From Guillardia theta CCMP2712 (lineage: Eukaryota; Protista; Cryptophyta): 64,000 bases of DNA. The DNA lies in contig NW_005434649.1 in NCBI RefSeq assembly GCF_000315625.1, positions 495,828 to 559,827 on the forward strand. The letters are read 5' to 3'. This document shows, one piece after another, positions 21,121-35,822 of the stretch; the stretch's first letter is position 1, and the number at the start of each line of letters is the position of its first letter. Under the pieces are notes generated by a model. The model was not told where the DNA came from and ran no database searches. It saw nothing but the letters and a program-made list of their open reading frames with translations. The position numbers and the translations under genes are program-made.

Positions 21121-22126
21121 CCCATCCGTGGCACGGTTCCTTTCAAGTTTTGGGGACCGTACGGTACTGTCATAAAGTACAGTACTCACACTCCGGGCCA
21201 AGACTCTCAGTTCTTCTTGTGAACATGAAGTTTAATCTCACTGTGACGGCAAAGGCTTCTAAGCTTTCCACTTGGTCACTCAGTTCCTCAGGTCACGGCC
21301 GAGATCGTCATCATATGAGAGTCAAGTGAAAGTTCTGTCTACTAAGGCCGCGAGTCCGGCCACAGTGGCACCCGACTCTGAGTCACTGACGGTCTGGGCC
21401 CCGGCGATTGCCACTCACTCAGTGTTTACACAGCAATTAAAATGAAATTTGAAATCTTCCCCTCAAATTTCCGGTGTGTTTCCAGAACTTTGCGAGGAAG
21501 TTCCGGAATGTTCTCCAGAACTTCGACATACTTCATTTGATCACCCCCTGCTGTACCCTCCAATACAGGGGGTACTCATTGGAACAATTCAGGGGTGGTA
21601 TGTGAGCTGGTAGGACGGGGGTGGGAGTGTTTCCTCATACCACCGGTACTATGTAAACGTTCTCGAGAGGAAAAACCAGGGGTATGAGATTATGTTTTGG
21701 GGTGATTTTGATGGATATAAAGGAGGTGGGGGTACTTACCACAGAGAAAATGGGGGGTAGAAGTCTAAGGGAAGGGGTGTGATAGAACAGGTGGAATGCA
21801 CCGAATGCGCGAGAAGATCGACTGGGGAAAAAATGCTGAGGGTGAAGGGAGGGAGAGAGAGCGAGGGAATGGAGAGGGAGGGGAGGAGGAGAAGAGAGAA
21901 GCAGGGAGCGATAGACAGTCAGCCAGCTGGAGAGAACAGCGTAGGAAGAAGAAACAGGCGATTTCACGGAAGACAGAGGATTGAACACAAGGCGTTTCGA
22001 AATATGTTGAACATGAATCAGCTCACTGAAGGAACGCGAAAAGATGGTAGTACTGAGGATGAGTTTGGGAGTACAACATGGTCAAATCCGTGAACTGATG
22101 TCTGTCGTAGCATTTGGTAGGTCAGG

Positions 22127-24514
22127 ATGAGCGCTGAAGAGCTCAAGGCCAAGGGAAACGCAGCTTTCTCGGCAAAGAACTACACGGAAGCTGTAGATTT
22201 CTTCACTCAGGCGATCAACTTGGATCCAAACAACCACGTTCTTTTCTCCAACAGATCTGCGTCTTACGCGGGTCTTCATGTGAGTTGATCGAATGTTGAA
22301 GGGTTCCACAAGCTGATATCAACTATAGAAATATGATCAAGCTTTGAATGATGCGGAGAAATGTATCGCTATCAAGCCCGATTGGGGCAAGGGTTATGGT
22401 CGCAAGGGAGCTGCCATGCACGGCATGGGCGACTTCGAAGGAGCCCTCAAGGCGTACAAGGATGGCTTGGCGCATGAGCCTGGTGAAGGACAGATTTGAG
22501 TGTGCAATGGAAGTTGACAAGGCGACAGGGCTGGCGATGTTGACCAACGGGATCAGCGAGGTGGAGGCGGCGATGAGAGCTGAACAGAGCAGCGGGATCA
22601 AGGGGATTGGAAACCTCCTCCGCCGCCCTGATCTGGTGGAGATCATTGCTAGGAGCCCACAGCTGGCACCATTCCTCGCTCAGCCTGACTTCCCAGGGAT
22701 CGTTCAAGAGCTGCAGACCGATTCGAATGTCAGTTGAAACTTACTTTGCTCTGCTCTCTGACAGTCGTGGTTCAGGCACTGATGAAGCATCTCAACGATC
22801 AGAGAGTTCAGTTGCTTCTGCAGGAGCTGCTGAGAATGCAGAACCCCGACGTTTTCCGTCATGCGGAGGAGGAAGAAATCAAGCGGAGGAAAGCAAAGGT
22901 CATCATGGAGCGAAATTGTCATGCGAGCTCATCGTGGATGTTTGCTTTGCAGGAAGAGGCCGAGGAAGCTGAACGAAAGAGGCAACTTGAGGAGAAGAAG
23001 CGGAAGGAAGCCGAAGAGGCGGCTCGGAAAGCTGCGATGACTGAGAACGATTTCAAAGACAATCCTAAGGGCTTGTCAGAATGGTGCAAGGAGAAGGGAA
23101 ATACCTTCTACAAGAACAAACAGTTTGATGAGGCCATCACATGGTACACCAAGGCGTATGAAGCTGACAATGAGAACATCGCTGTCCTCACAAACCGAGC
23201 TGCGGTCCGGTTTGAGCAGAAGATGTACGAAGAATGCATCGAAGATTGCCGCAAAGCCATCGAGGAAGGAAGAAAGTGCCGAGCTGATTTCAAGGTGACT
23301 CATCTTCTTTCTTGTCCCATCTCATTGCTGACCTGTCTGAAGATCATCTCTCGTGCTTACGAGCGTCTGGGAAATGCTTTTGTGAAGTTGGACAGGTTGC
23401 AAGAAGCAAGCAAAGCATACAGCGATGCATTGGTCGAGAACAGGTTAACATACGATCTATATACATCTCCCTGGCTGATCAGCAAGACTGTTTCAGAACT
23501 CGTGAGGTCGAGAAGAAGTTGAAGGATGTTCAGAAGCAGATTGCAGATTCCGAGAAGAATGCTTACATCAACCCTGTACTCATCTTCTATCCCTTACACT
23601 TGCACTCAAGATCTCTTGCAGGAAATCTCACTCCAGGAGAAAGAGAAGGGGAATGCGCTGGTGAAGGAGAGCAAGTTCGTTGAGGCCAAGGCGGCATACG
23701 ATGAGGCGATCCGGAGAAACCCGAAGGACCACACGCTTTACAGGTGAGAGAGCACATTGGATTTGAAGCCGACGGTGTGTGTTGACTATCATGCTCTACA
23801 GCAATCGCGCGTTGTGCTTCATGAAGCTGATGGAGTGGCCAGCGGCCAAGGTACGACTTCTGACTCGCTCCCAGAGGTCTGACGAGGCTGTTTCAAGGCC
23901 GACTGTGACAAGAGTCTTGAGATCGAGCCGAACTTCGTGAGGGCGCTGGAGAGACGCGGCAACTGCTACGTGAGCGTGCGAGCTGCTTACGTCATGAGCT
24001 TCTTATGCCTTGGGGGTGCAGATGATGTTGAAGGAGCCAACCAAGGCCATGGCAGACTTCAGGAAGGGTCTCGAGCTGGACCCCAACAACCAGGGATGTC
24101 AGATTGGCCTGGCACGTGTGGAGTCGTCGATGTTCTCAGGCAAGCGCGATGAGCAGACGGTGGCCAACGCAATGAAGGTATTTCATCCCCCTCCTTCCCT
24201 CCTTCCCTCCTTCCCTCCTTCCCTCCTTCCCTCCACGCTCCAGCACCTCCACACTTAATCACTGCTCCTGATTCTCTATGGTGAACTTGTCTGACTCGCC
24301 CCCTCATCAGGACCCAGAGATCCAACGAATTCTTCAAGACCCAGTCATCAACAACGTCCTGCGAAATTTGCAAGAGAACCCCTCAGCGGCTCAGGATGCG
24401 CTGAAAGATCCAGTAAGAAACCAAATTGATGCCTCGGTTGCCCTGACCCTCGTCCAGGTTATTGCCGAGAGGATTCAGAAGCTTGCAGCAGCGGGAATCT
24501 TGTCGTTCGGCTAA
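22127..24514 (+). CDS. STI1: Hsp70-Hsp90 organising protein STI1/HOP (TPR1-DP1-TPR2A-TPR2B-DP2)
   Basis: [19 protein letters not shown]...[32 protein letters not shown]...YSNRA, C-terminal [11 protein letters not shown]...[13 protein letters not shown]. Confidence 0.93.
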
Positions 24515-24619
24515 GCATGCTTGCTCATCCTAGCCTCCTATCTGTGGCGCTTTATTGTTGTGTTGGATGTTCAGCAATAAATTTTCACCTCTCTACACAT
24601 TGCCTGCTGCGTCTCCATA

Positions 24620-27318
24620 TCAACTCTCAAACTTCCATGCTCCTTCACCCGTCAGCCGTAAGACTTTGTCGTGGAACGGGACGAGCGAAGGTCGGTTGCC
24701 CACACTCACTACCGTCATTCCGAGGTCCTGTAGCAGCTGGAGAGGGAGGAGGTTTTGGAGAGAAACCATCAAGTAGGCGGCAATCGACGATTCGATGGTC
24801 CCAGAGAGAAGCAGGTCAGTACGGCATTTCACCATCTCCTCCTTCACCTTGTACATCTGCTCCTCGTTTTCTAGATCCAAGGCGCTCGTTGACTCGTCCA
24901 GGATCACGAACTTCGGCTTGAGGATCATGATGCGAGCAAATGCCAGACGCTGACCACCATTCGTCAGCAACCACGGAGGATCAGATTCAACAGCATGGCA
25001 ACACCTGCTGCTCTCCAAGAGAGAGGATGTTGCTCAACGGCTGGTCTTCTCATGGGAGTCAGAGAATGACCGGCTTCAAGCCTCCAGTCTTACCAGCGGC
25101 ATCAAGACCTCCCATGCGCTCTGCTACCGTCGGCAAGTTGACCTTACGGAGAGCCTCAAGAATTTCTTCGTCCGTCACGCTGGAATCTTGAACGGTCTTA
25201 GGGTACAAAACGTTCTCCCTCAAAGTTCCAAGAGTCATGTAAGGCCTCTGGGACAAGAACAATGTGTCCTGCATATTCTTTAGACAACCACAAGAACAAG
25301 GGGAATCCAGACCTCCAAAGGAGGTCGGACGATGTTTCCAGTGCCCGTGTCCCACAGCCCCGCGATGGCGCGCATCAAAGAGCTCTTCCCTATGCCGCTG
25401 AAGCCAACAACCAGTAGCTTCTTGCCCGGCTCCAACGTCAAGGAAAGGTCAGTGATCAGCTGTCGAGGTGAGTTGCCTGTTGGCAAGAGGGTAAGAATGC
25501 GAAGCATACAAGTAAGGCGTACCGCCGGGAGTGCTGACGCACAAGCCCTTGATGGCGAGGCTTCCATCCTTAGCAGTAAGTTCTTGATTTATCTTAGACG
25601 ATGAATCCCTTTCCTCCATCTCAGTGACCTACGCAAATGCTACTTGAGAACAGATTATCCCACTTGGTTTTTACCTTTTCTACTGCAGTTCGAAGTTGGT
25701 CAAGACGTTCCACCTGCGCGGCAAAGGACGAGATTCCTTGCGGGCCGGTGAACTCATTGACAATCTAGCAATCACAATCAATTTCACAAATTCAGAGTCA
25801 CAGCGTTACCAAAGAAAGATCATTCAAGACATGATTGAAGGAGAAAAACGTTTGGCTGATTGCTCCAAGCGGAACTTTACCAGCGAAATATTGTGGTCCG
25901 ATCACGAGTGCAGGCAACACCTTCACACGAAACATTACGCAGCTTTTCACAAGAGTTGCACTTTACCTGAACAAGATACCTATACCATCTTGTAAAGAAG
26001 TTGAGATTTCGTTCAAAATTGAGGATTCCAATGCGGTTTGCAACGACGCTACTGAATCTTTTCTGTGCTTCTGTACGCTCTCTGGTTTCACCTTTAGGCA
26101 AAGTGTAAACGAAAAACAAGAATTTACAATATCATCTTTCAACCATTGTAGAAGGCGATCGACTCTGAGTCTTCTCGAATCCTCACGAGATCAAAACGAA
26201 AATCAGCCTCTTTCTTGAGCTGCAGGCGATTCTTCTTGATGAGGGGCTTGCCAAACCAAACTGTAACAAATGTTCCAACCACAGCATATGCAACCAGTGT
26301 GAAGTAAAGAGGTGGGAAAATTTTGTACAGGATGATTGAAAAGACGACAAGATCACAAAGAGCCACTACTGAAGTGCAGAAAAGAGAAACGGCTTTGTCG
26401 CAGAAATTATTGATGTCTTCCGAAATGCGTTGGTCTGTGTTGTCGACATCTGATACAAATGGTAATTTGTAGTACCTCATCCTGAGCAAAATGTCAGCAA
26501 GCCTGCATGAAACCATTCGAGGATTACTTGTGTACATATTTTCCGAGATAAAGATTGGTCAAAGCGTTTCTCCAGGACAGTGCCATTCTTCCCTTTGCCC
26601 AATCTGAGTGCTTGTTTATCAGTGCAAATGTCTCCTTCAGCAAATAATTTCTTTACCAAAGAGAACCAGTAGCGGTGGGCCCAGAGTAAGTACAGCAAGG
26701 TACAAGGCAAGAAACTTGTTGAATTTGGCAAGGTCTTTGGCATTCAAAGCATTCCAGAAGAACTGTTTATAAGCAAATCGTGTCAGACTGGGAATTGATT
26801 TTCTATGTACTCCATACTTTCTGTATGAAAGAGATGGAAACTGCATACAGAGTAGTGATAAAAGCCAAAGAAAGCGTGAAGGCAGTCCATAACCAAGCTT
26901 TGGATTTGCTTTCACCACCCCAGAATGGATCAGCCAACCTTCGGTAAAAAGGATCAGAAAGTTGATGTCCTTTGAATATTTGCAGCAAACCTTTGAATTT
27001 TCTGAATGAGTGCAGGAATATTTCGGAAGAAAAATTCCGATTGTTGACCATCCCCTGATCCTGTTTGGCTTGCTATCGCAGCATCTTTCATGCTCACCGA
27101 AATTCTTCTTCGTTCACATCGATGTTTGCTTCCAACACCACATCTCCAAGGAATGCCGTTCACAGGTTTCGCTGTCAATGTTGACAGCTTGAGTGGTCTG
27201 TGAACCGAAGGAGAGAAGGCCTGAGATCAGGAAGATCAGTTTCCTTCCGACTGGAGGATCCACTCACATCAACTTGACAAAAAGTCACGACAAGAAGGAG
27301 CCTCCTTATCGAAGACAT
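24620..27318 (-). CDS. ABC transporter subfamily D half-transporter (ABCD2/BacA-like), with bipartite plastid-targeting leader
   Basis: DNTDQRISEDI, EADFRFDLVRIREDSESIAFY (EAA motif), Walker A GFSGIGKSSLMRAIAGLW, FLSQRPYMTLGTLR, RLAFAR, ILDESTSALD, SVGNRPSL. Leader: MSSIRRLLLVVTFCQVD|A-FSPS. Confidence 0.92.
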
Positions 27319-27881
27319 GTCGTGTCTGTAAAGTGCAAGTGAGGCTGAAAATAATTGAATCGTCTAAACTTTTGCGTTGACAATCGCCAAAACTAACGTA
27401 AATGTACATCAAGAAAGGCAAAAATACTCAAGGGAAGGAAATGATAGTTGAGCTCTGAAATATCGAGACTATCAGGAGCAATATAAAAATAGAATGAACA
27501 AGGATCAGCAGAAACATCAAGTTGACCTGCAGCCACTTCATGATCAGAGAATCAAATGACAACAACACAACAACTGCATAGATGAGGGAGATAGAGACAG
27601 ACATCACTGATACAGAACGACTGGCTCAAACACAAAAGAATCAAGACCCACATGCATGATGATGTGTCAAGTGGAAAATGGTTGCAGACGAGTAGCTGCC
27701 ATGTAGAAAAGGAAGGATGTGATAAACTACAGGTTCAGGTCGTTGACCATGTTTCAAGGATGTATTCGATATGCACGATGTGAAGCATGCTCAACCAGTC
27801 CTAGTGATTTATGAGAACCGGGAAAAGATGTAGACAAGTACAATTCCCTTGCTTTGTTGACGTGGGGGAAAATTAGTGGCA

Positions 27882-27974
27882 GGGATGGATGGATGGATGG
27901 ATGGAGGATGGATAAAGTGGATGGAGGATGGAGGATGGATGGATAAAGGACGGATAAAGGATGGATGGATGGAT
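27882..27974 (+). repeat. (GGAT)n imperfect microsatellite
   Basis: Directly visible. Confidence 0.85.
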
Positions 27975-30900
27975 CGGCAGTAATGAGATGTGGAGATGAG
28001 GAGGAGGAGGAGGAGTGAAGTGTGCATCTGCCGAAATGGCAGCGGCATACGAAGTTCCAAGCATTTTTCGCGCCAGAAAATCTGGGATCCCAAGGACCGA
28101 TAGCCAGTATCACCTGCCAAAACTAGTGACCCCACCCCCAATTCTACAGATATTGTCTATGTGATCACCCCACCCTTTTCTAGAACCCTTTACCCACCCA
28201 CCCACCCACCTTGTACGAGAATCCCCCCGGTCGTGTAAACATGAGTGCAAGTGCCTGGCACTGCTTCAGTACTCAGGCCGGGCTGAGTACTACGAATCGG
28301 GCCGCCGCCGAGTCCGACCGCGGCCCGGCCGCGCGGCACTCGCCTGGCACTCAGCCGTCTAGGGAGGCCCCCGAAATGGAGGGAGCTGCCTGGCCCTCAG
28401 TACGGTTGTGTAGGGATGTTGCTTGCATGTAATAAATCGCGGCCGCCGGTTGAGGTGTATGCCGGAGGCTACTACTACTCCGGGACTCTCATGACAGTGT
28501 GAAACAACCGTGCCAAGCATCCGGACATGAGAGGACATACTACGGCTAGGAAGGCCTCCTCTTCGTCAAACATACCACATTGCCGCCTCGCAACACTGAC
28601 ACTGTGACACGTAAGAGTCGTCTTGGTTAACTTAATAGGCCCAAAGTTTTGTTAACTCAGCCCCCCCGAGACGGTGTTTGAAGTAGTACATCGGACATCA
28701 GAAAATCACACAAACAAGAGAATGTCAGCAGAGTTCCAAGTCAAGATACGATGAGACCGTCTGCGTCAAGTTGACAGTTATGCTGAGTGTGCAATAACCG
28801 TTCAAGGATTGTCATTCTTGAAGAAGATTTTCATGCAGGCTTATTAGATGTACAGCAAGAGAGAAGGAAGATGCCTGGCGAGCGGGTGCAATGAAGAGAG
28901 ATAGAGGATAAGATAAGAGAGGAAGAAGGAGACAGAAGCTACGATGCAGGAACTGTTGGCAAAGCGCCAAAAGCCCAAAGGAAGCTCAGGTGCACGGACA
29001 AAAGCTACATGGGGTCACCCTTGACGCATTGAGACTGCCTACATGGGAGAGGTTGAGGTTGGAATCTCACGGATGTCATTTATTGATGTCTGAAGTTTTC
29101 GCCGATCAACAGCGCGTGTCGCAGTAAAACTCTCACATCAGTATCCCAGCAAATTTCGATCGCTAATCATGCAGTGAGCGACGTCATGAGTTGATAAACT
29201 CTACAGATGAATGATAACGAATTTGGTCAAGTACATAAGCAAACCAGCTTTTGAAAATTGTCACACAACCATGGAAGATCTGTTTGCAATGGAATAGATA
29301 CGGGCTGTTCGGTGTGTCATGTCGAGTACAAGGACGAAGGTTGGTATCGTATTTGATGCCTGATATCTACATGAGCTCTAGATGTACTATCCTACATAGA
29401 CATTCGATCAACTGCAGCTACCTAGATTGGATGTATCAAACAGTAAACTTAGACCTCACTTGCTTGCGCACCAATTTTACACAACAGATAAGAATGAAAC
29501 TGCTAGACCCAACCTATCGGGGGAATGGAGAATTCATTCAAGTTTGATCATACTGTGTGCAAGTAACCACATCGCTGCTTGTTCTAGTTGTCGAAATGCG
29601 CTTGACTGCTGTGAAGTCTGGGATACCTACATTGACTCTCACAAGATGCACTGGCCACGATGCAGGAGAAATACAAAGAAGAAGTCCAGGTATTATATAC
29701 TACACATCATCTACAACATGATTCACGTTTCATTGTGATCTCACATCATGGCCATGTGCTATCTTTAGCTGCTTTCGCGTTCGTTTTCTCCCTCGTTCAT
29801 CTTCAAGATCGTCCTCCAGATAGTCACCAGAGGCAAATAAATACCAGACCAAAAAAAACAATGGAAACGAAAAAAGAAAAAAATAGAAAAGTGGGCTCGT
29901 GACCTCACACAACTCTTCGAATCGAAAGATCAGGCTCTTCGTCCATCCAGATCCTTCCCAGATAAAAACAATTGTAGAGTGGCCTCCGTGATCACCTTAT
30001 ACCGCCATCTTCGGATCCCTTCAACGGCACAGTACTGCTCAATCACCAGATCCAGTTACGGCGCTCGCGTGACCGACATTCTCTCGCGCGATACAATCAC
30101 GCTACTCCCCAGATATGCTAAAATTAGATTTAAAAATCTCTTCAAGGTGGGCACTACCTACCAAAAGCATGGAAAAGGTAGGGGTCAAATTATCAAAAGC
30201 ATCCTGTCGACGAGACCCGTCGAACTTCTATGGCCCTCGAAGGTCTAAAACTCAGAATATAAAAACGGGATCAGATCCCTTTTTTACCACACAAGCATCC
30301 CTCAAGGACTCCTCAGAGATAGGACAAGGCAAATTGAAGGAGGAGGGTGGGTGGTCAGTTACAAGCGAAATGTATAACTCAACATTAGAGACTACCAGGT
30401 TCTTATACCTCAATTCGTTGTGGGTAGGGTTAAAAGCAGTGTGTAAAGCAAACTACCCATCACGGTGGGGTGGGTGGTAATTGAGGGGTTTGGACTAAAA
30501 TGATTGTAAAGCGAAGCGGGGCCTCCCGGTACATCCTCAAAGCGATTCGTTTTCAGATCTATTCCATCCCTACCTAATTATGGACCCGTGATACGATTTC
30601 TGTACCCCTGGTATTCTGTTACGATGCGATATGAAAAGGAGGGGTACAATGATTACCCTACCGTCTGATTGAGGCAAAGGGGTTGAGGCTCCAAACCTAT
30701 CTGTTTCGGATTGACCTCCCTTCACCCGTGACAAACTGTGATCTCCAGGTTTCACAAAGAGGGGTCCTTTTCTTGTGTGACTGGGCTCGTCCTAAGCAAC
30801 ATGGGTGGGGTCACTACCCACCACCCCACATTCATTTTTCATTTTTCGCCCCATTCCAAACTATGCTACTACACACCGCCTCTACTACCCACTACCCTTT

Positions 30901-31524
30901 CATAAAATACCCCTACCACCCATCAGGTGGGACCGTGACCTCGACCCGCATCAATGCTTGCATTTCCTGCACTCTACCCCCATAATTACTGACAAGTACC
31001 CCTTTCTTCATATAAATTATTTTCCTAATTGACTGGATTGACTTCTTGGATTGACGAAAAGGTACCCCTACCCCCTTTTGAAACACCCCTACCCTCAAAA
31101 ATAATTGCACACCCCCATGGAAATCAAGCTCAAAACAAGTACCCTCACCACCCCTCATTGCAAGCAAAATTTGAGGGTACTATATATTGCCCCTCAAGAT
31201 ACCCCTACCCCTGCTTTCTCTTTGAGACCACCCCGTACCCCCTGGTCCTACGGATATCAGGTGGCTCCACTGTTGTCTCCCCCATCCGCGCGGTGAGATG
31301 GATACAAAGCTCTTGTGATGTCGTTGCACGTCCCTTCTCTAGTTGTTGCGCGTATCTGAATATCGTCCTGCACCACCTCCCTCTCAGCCCCATTCCTCTC
31401 AGCTCTCCTGCATCGCCACGATTCTGTTCCTTGCTGTTGGAGCTTGTCTGATCTCTCAGCGCCTGCTTTTAGCCACAAGATAAGCTCCTTGCTGAACCTA
31501 GCACAAGGGTCCTCTCTTTCCGGC

Positions 31525-32664
31525 ATGCGTATCGACATTTCTCCCTCCATACATCTGGGGGGCGAAGAAACGATTCTTTGCAGGCAGCAAACAACCAACC
31601 CCGATATCACGCTGTATAGCTCCTGGTTCTGCCCGTTTGCTCAGCGCGTTTGGGCCTATTTGGAAGAATTGGTAGAGAGAGACATCATTCAGTACCAGTG
31701 GATTGAAATCAACCCTTATGAAACTCGTAGTGATGGTGGTTGCACAAAACAACCGCTTTCAATCGATGCCAAGCGTCAGCAATACCCTGATTTTGTGGAT
31801 GTGAGCCCACGAGGGTTGGTTCCGGTGAGCTATCTCTCCTTGCTTTATCGCGCTTGGCTTATTGTATTTCTTTGCAGGCCATCAATCACGATGGATTCGG
31901 TGTAAATGATAGTATGGTGATTTGTGAATATCTTTCCGACGTCTTCGAGCCATCGCGACAACGTACAGACGATGGAAGGAATCATGGGATTTTGCAGCCT
32001 TGGAACGTGCAAGAAAGAACCAAAGTAAGGATCTTCTGGGAGCATATCAGCAGCCAAGTGATCCCTTGCTTTTACCGGTGACATGAACGATGAAAATTTC
32101 TGAAAACACCGTTGCTGACCCACTTTGCAGACTTTTAATGACAGCGGATCAAGCGGGCAGAGAAGATGCTCATGTGAAGCTGTTGGCGGGGTTGAGATAT
32201 GCAAACAACTTCATGCTGTCCATTTCATCGTCTGGATTCTTCTTGGGGGAGGGACGATACAGTCTCGCCGACCTCTCTCTTGCGCCATGGTGGTTCCGCT
32301 TTCTCTGTGTGCTGGGTCCATACCGGAACTTTCAAGTGCCCAACACTGAGGAATATGCGAGGTTGCATCTTTGGTGGCAAGCGGTGAGCAGCTTCTTGAG
32401 GGAGAAGAGATGAAACTAACTTTGCTGTTCAGATGTTGAATTGCAAGTCTTTCTGCAGAACTTTGGTGTCACCCGAGAGGCTGATGGAGAACTACGAGGA
32501 GTATTCGGATGGGTAAGAGAACACATCGTCTCCTGTCGTTCATCTTCTGACTTGACCTCAGAACTGCTACTTCGGAGATCGCGCGGACGTTGCTGGGTTC
32601 TCGTGCTATCCCACGGAACCCGGCGAAGATCGACAGCTTCGTAGGGAAGCCTCTTGAAGCCTGA
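31525..32664 (+). CDS. Glutathione S-transferase, cysteine-type (omega/lambda-like)
   Basis: LYSSWFCPFAQRVW active-site motif, SPRGLVP, DSMVICEYL, FFLGEGRYSLADLSLAPW; multi-exon. Confidence 0.9.
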
Positions 32665-32763
32665 GGACCGCTAGGAAGGTCCACATGTACATGTCAAGAC
32701 TTGCAGAGCGAAAGTTCGGCAGGCGTGTCCATTTTTTCGATTGGTGTGATTACAAACATGTCG

Positions 32764-34956
32764 TTAGGAACCCGTGTTTCCATTCCCCAGCATGCTCTGC
32801 ACTCGCTCGAGCTCCTCCTGTGCATGTTTCGGAGAGTCTTCGTCAATGTCGAAGAGGAGACGCTGAGCCTGCGACTGCAAGAGTTTGATGAATCTCGAAC
32901 GTAGCACCTCATCTGCTCCCGAGTCAACAAAGCAGTACAACAACAAGTCGCATCCTCATTGCATATGACAGCAACCTCAATCGCCACACATGATATGCAC
33001 CAGCATCAGATGTTCCTTCTGCCCCACCCTTGCAACCCACAGCAGTACAATCCCCATCACCTGCATGACCCTTAACACTGTCTGCCATCCCTCGCATTGA
33101 CTTGCTCATCTGGAGTGACCGTCAGGAGAGAAGCTGAGGAGGTAGAAAGTCTCACGTTCAATCTTTCTTTCAGCGAGAGGTCCTCAATATCCTCCTCTTC
33201 CAGCTTCATGGCCTGCAGCAGAACCTCCTTCTCCTCCAGCTCGTCTAGCATCCCTTGGAGGGACTCATCTATTTCTTCCTCTCCCTCCTCCTCCCCCTTC
33301 TCTCCATTCCCCTCCACTTCCGGCTCCATGCTCCTCCTCTGCGCTCGACTCTGCAGTCTCTGCAGAACTTCTCCGTCGGAGGAAAGCAGCAGAAGCCTGC
33401 TTCCATATTAACCCTCGCAATGGGAGACGTTTTGTCCTTAGACCTGAAATCTTGGCCGAAGAGAGATTTGTTTTCTCCTCCTCCCACCACGACGCCCTGA
33501 AGCCCTTTGCAAGGAGCTATGCACAACTTGGCCTGTATTGCGAACATTTTCCGCAGGCAGAGTCAAGATCGAGGACAAGAATCGAACTGGAGACAGGGGG
33601 AGGAGAGGAGAGTTGATGTGAACAGGCTGGGGAAGGGGATGAAAGTAGTAAAAGAAGACAAGAGAGGAGGGAGAGAGGGAGGCTCGAAGAAAGAGATAGG
33701 AGAGGAAGTTGGGCAGATATCACAACGACAAGTAAACCAACAGCGAGATGTACACAACAAGATGGTAGGAACAAGATGGTATAACGGCACCGTGGCTCCA
33801 GGGCCGTCCGTGTGCAAACAGCTTCCATCATCCCCGTTCCAAATCTTCATGGTCTTGTCCATGGAGACGCTGCAGATGTTGTTCGAACCTGCTTCATACG
33901 TGAACACGCCAAGAATGGCCCCAGCCTCTGTTCCGACCCGGCCAGTAACAGCAGTCATGTACTGAGTTCTGGTGGCTATAGGTGAAAGGAAGATTTAGAG
34001 GAGATCAAACTCTGCTCCTCTTCCTCCTCTCACCCCCTCAGAACAATCCTCGCTTGAAGCTGTCGAAGATCCCAGACGCCTTCCATGAATCTTCATACCA
34101 ACACAGAACAAACGACTTGCACGCTACCTGTGAGGTGGTCTCCTGACCCTGATAGCAGTTCGCTCCCGTCGTCCTTCATGCAGAGACAGCAGACGTCCTT
34201 CGAGTGACCGCGGAGAACAACTCGTTCCTGGCCCCGCTAGCTGAACATGCTGGGAGGAGAGGAGGGGAGGGAGGACGATACAAGGGAGAAGGTGATACGA
34301 TTGTGAACAAACAATGAAGGGTAAGAGCAAAAGAAGCAGGAGAAGAGTCGAGTCCCAAGGAGACGAGGAGGAAGAGACAGGGGACACACGCGGTGTTCTT
34401 ACCTCCAAATCATGATCTAGGTATCGGATAGTCGCGTCGCTCACCCCGAGCACAAAGCCTTTCCTCTGCATATCGCGCTCTAGGCAGAAGACCCTGGCAG
34501 CTCCCTCAGGCCGCGATCCACAGGCAGAGCTGCGTCACCATGGGATCTTGTCAGGGTTCCTGCTCTCACCCCCAAAGACGTAGTCTGTCTCAGCGTTGAT
34601 CGTTCGTTCCTGCAGCGGAGGAGCGAGGTTGAGAGGAGCGGACTCACTTCACCTGCTCCGCCTTACCTTGATGATGCACCCAGCCTCCAGGTCCCACAAG
34701 GACACAACGTTGTCAGCAGCACTCACGATGTTGCCGTTGTCCACATAGGAGGCAGCAAACACGTCCCCTGCCCAATGAGCATCATTAACTCCCCCCGTTA
34801 CAGTCCCAAGGCCACCTTTCGGCTTCAAGGATTTGATCTCCTTTCCTTTCCTCCAATCCCAAATTTTGATCTCTCCATCCGATCCAGCTGTCAACACAGA
34901 CCTTGAACGAGAATGAGTCCACCAACACCGACACCATCACTACAGCCATTATCATT

Positions 34957-34991
<35 letters not shown>

Positions 34992-35440
34992 GTTGTACAA
35001 TATCAGCAACATAGACGAACATCTGTCAGACCATCGTTACCATCCATTCACTCGTCTACTATATTTCCCCCTCCCCATCTTTCACTCACAGCTCCATCAC
35101 AACTAACAGAGATAGCGTCCACCTTCCATCGGGGGACCATGACACAGCATAAATCGCTTCTGCATGCCCGCGCAGGATCTTCAGCTGTTCACAATGCGCG
35201 ATATCCCACACTCTACATCGTTGCCGACGTGAGGAGAGGACAACAGAAACTATCCGAACCATCCCATACCGGCACGTGTTGTCTTCGGAGCAAGTCGCTA
35301 ACAACGTTTCATCCACTGGGCTGAAGCAGCAAGAAAACACTCTGTAGGAGGAGCAAGGGTGAGTACTTGCGGTGAGAGGGCAAGAAAGACCTTGACTCGT
35401 GCCCTCTCAGCTCTCCAACCTTGTTGAGTGACCTGTGACA
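32764..35440 (-). CDS. WD40-repeat protein with acidic C-terminal region, multi-exon
   Basis: LRGHESR/VFSCCFSP..LLATCSEDNTCR/VWD, LRGHAEAIYAVSWSPDG, LTAGSDGEIKIWDW, SVSMDKTMKIWN. Both ends are approximate. Confidence 0.8.
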
Positions 35441-35822
35441 AGATCAGGCCGATCGCAAACCCCACACCTCATCCCCCTCTTCCCCTTCCCCTTCCCCTTC
35501 CCCTCCTCCTCTTTATCGCCCCCAGCTTCTATTCGACCAGTCCATTGACGATCGCCTGTGCCTTCAACACACTTGTCTGTCGATGATACAAGAGTTAGCA
35601 GGTATCGGTGTAGATCCTTTCCACACTTTCTGTACTCTCATTCGGAAAGTTCATATCAGCCTATGAAAGAACGCGCTGGAATCTCAATCTCCCTCAAAGT
35701 ATTCAATCTCCTTCAAAGTTTTGTGGACGATCATTATTGTCAAAGATTTTGGCCTAACAGTACTACTTTCCTAGTCCGTCCACTCGCTTATCGCCATTTG
35801 CCCCTCCCCTCCCCTCCGCCAG

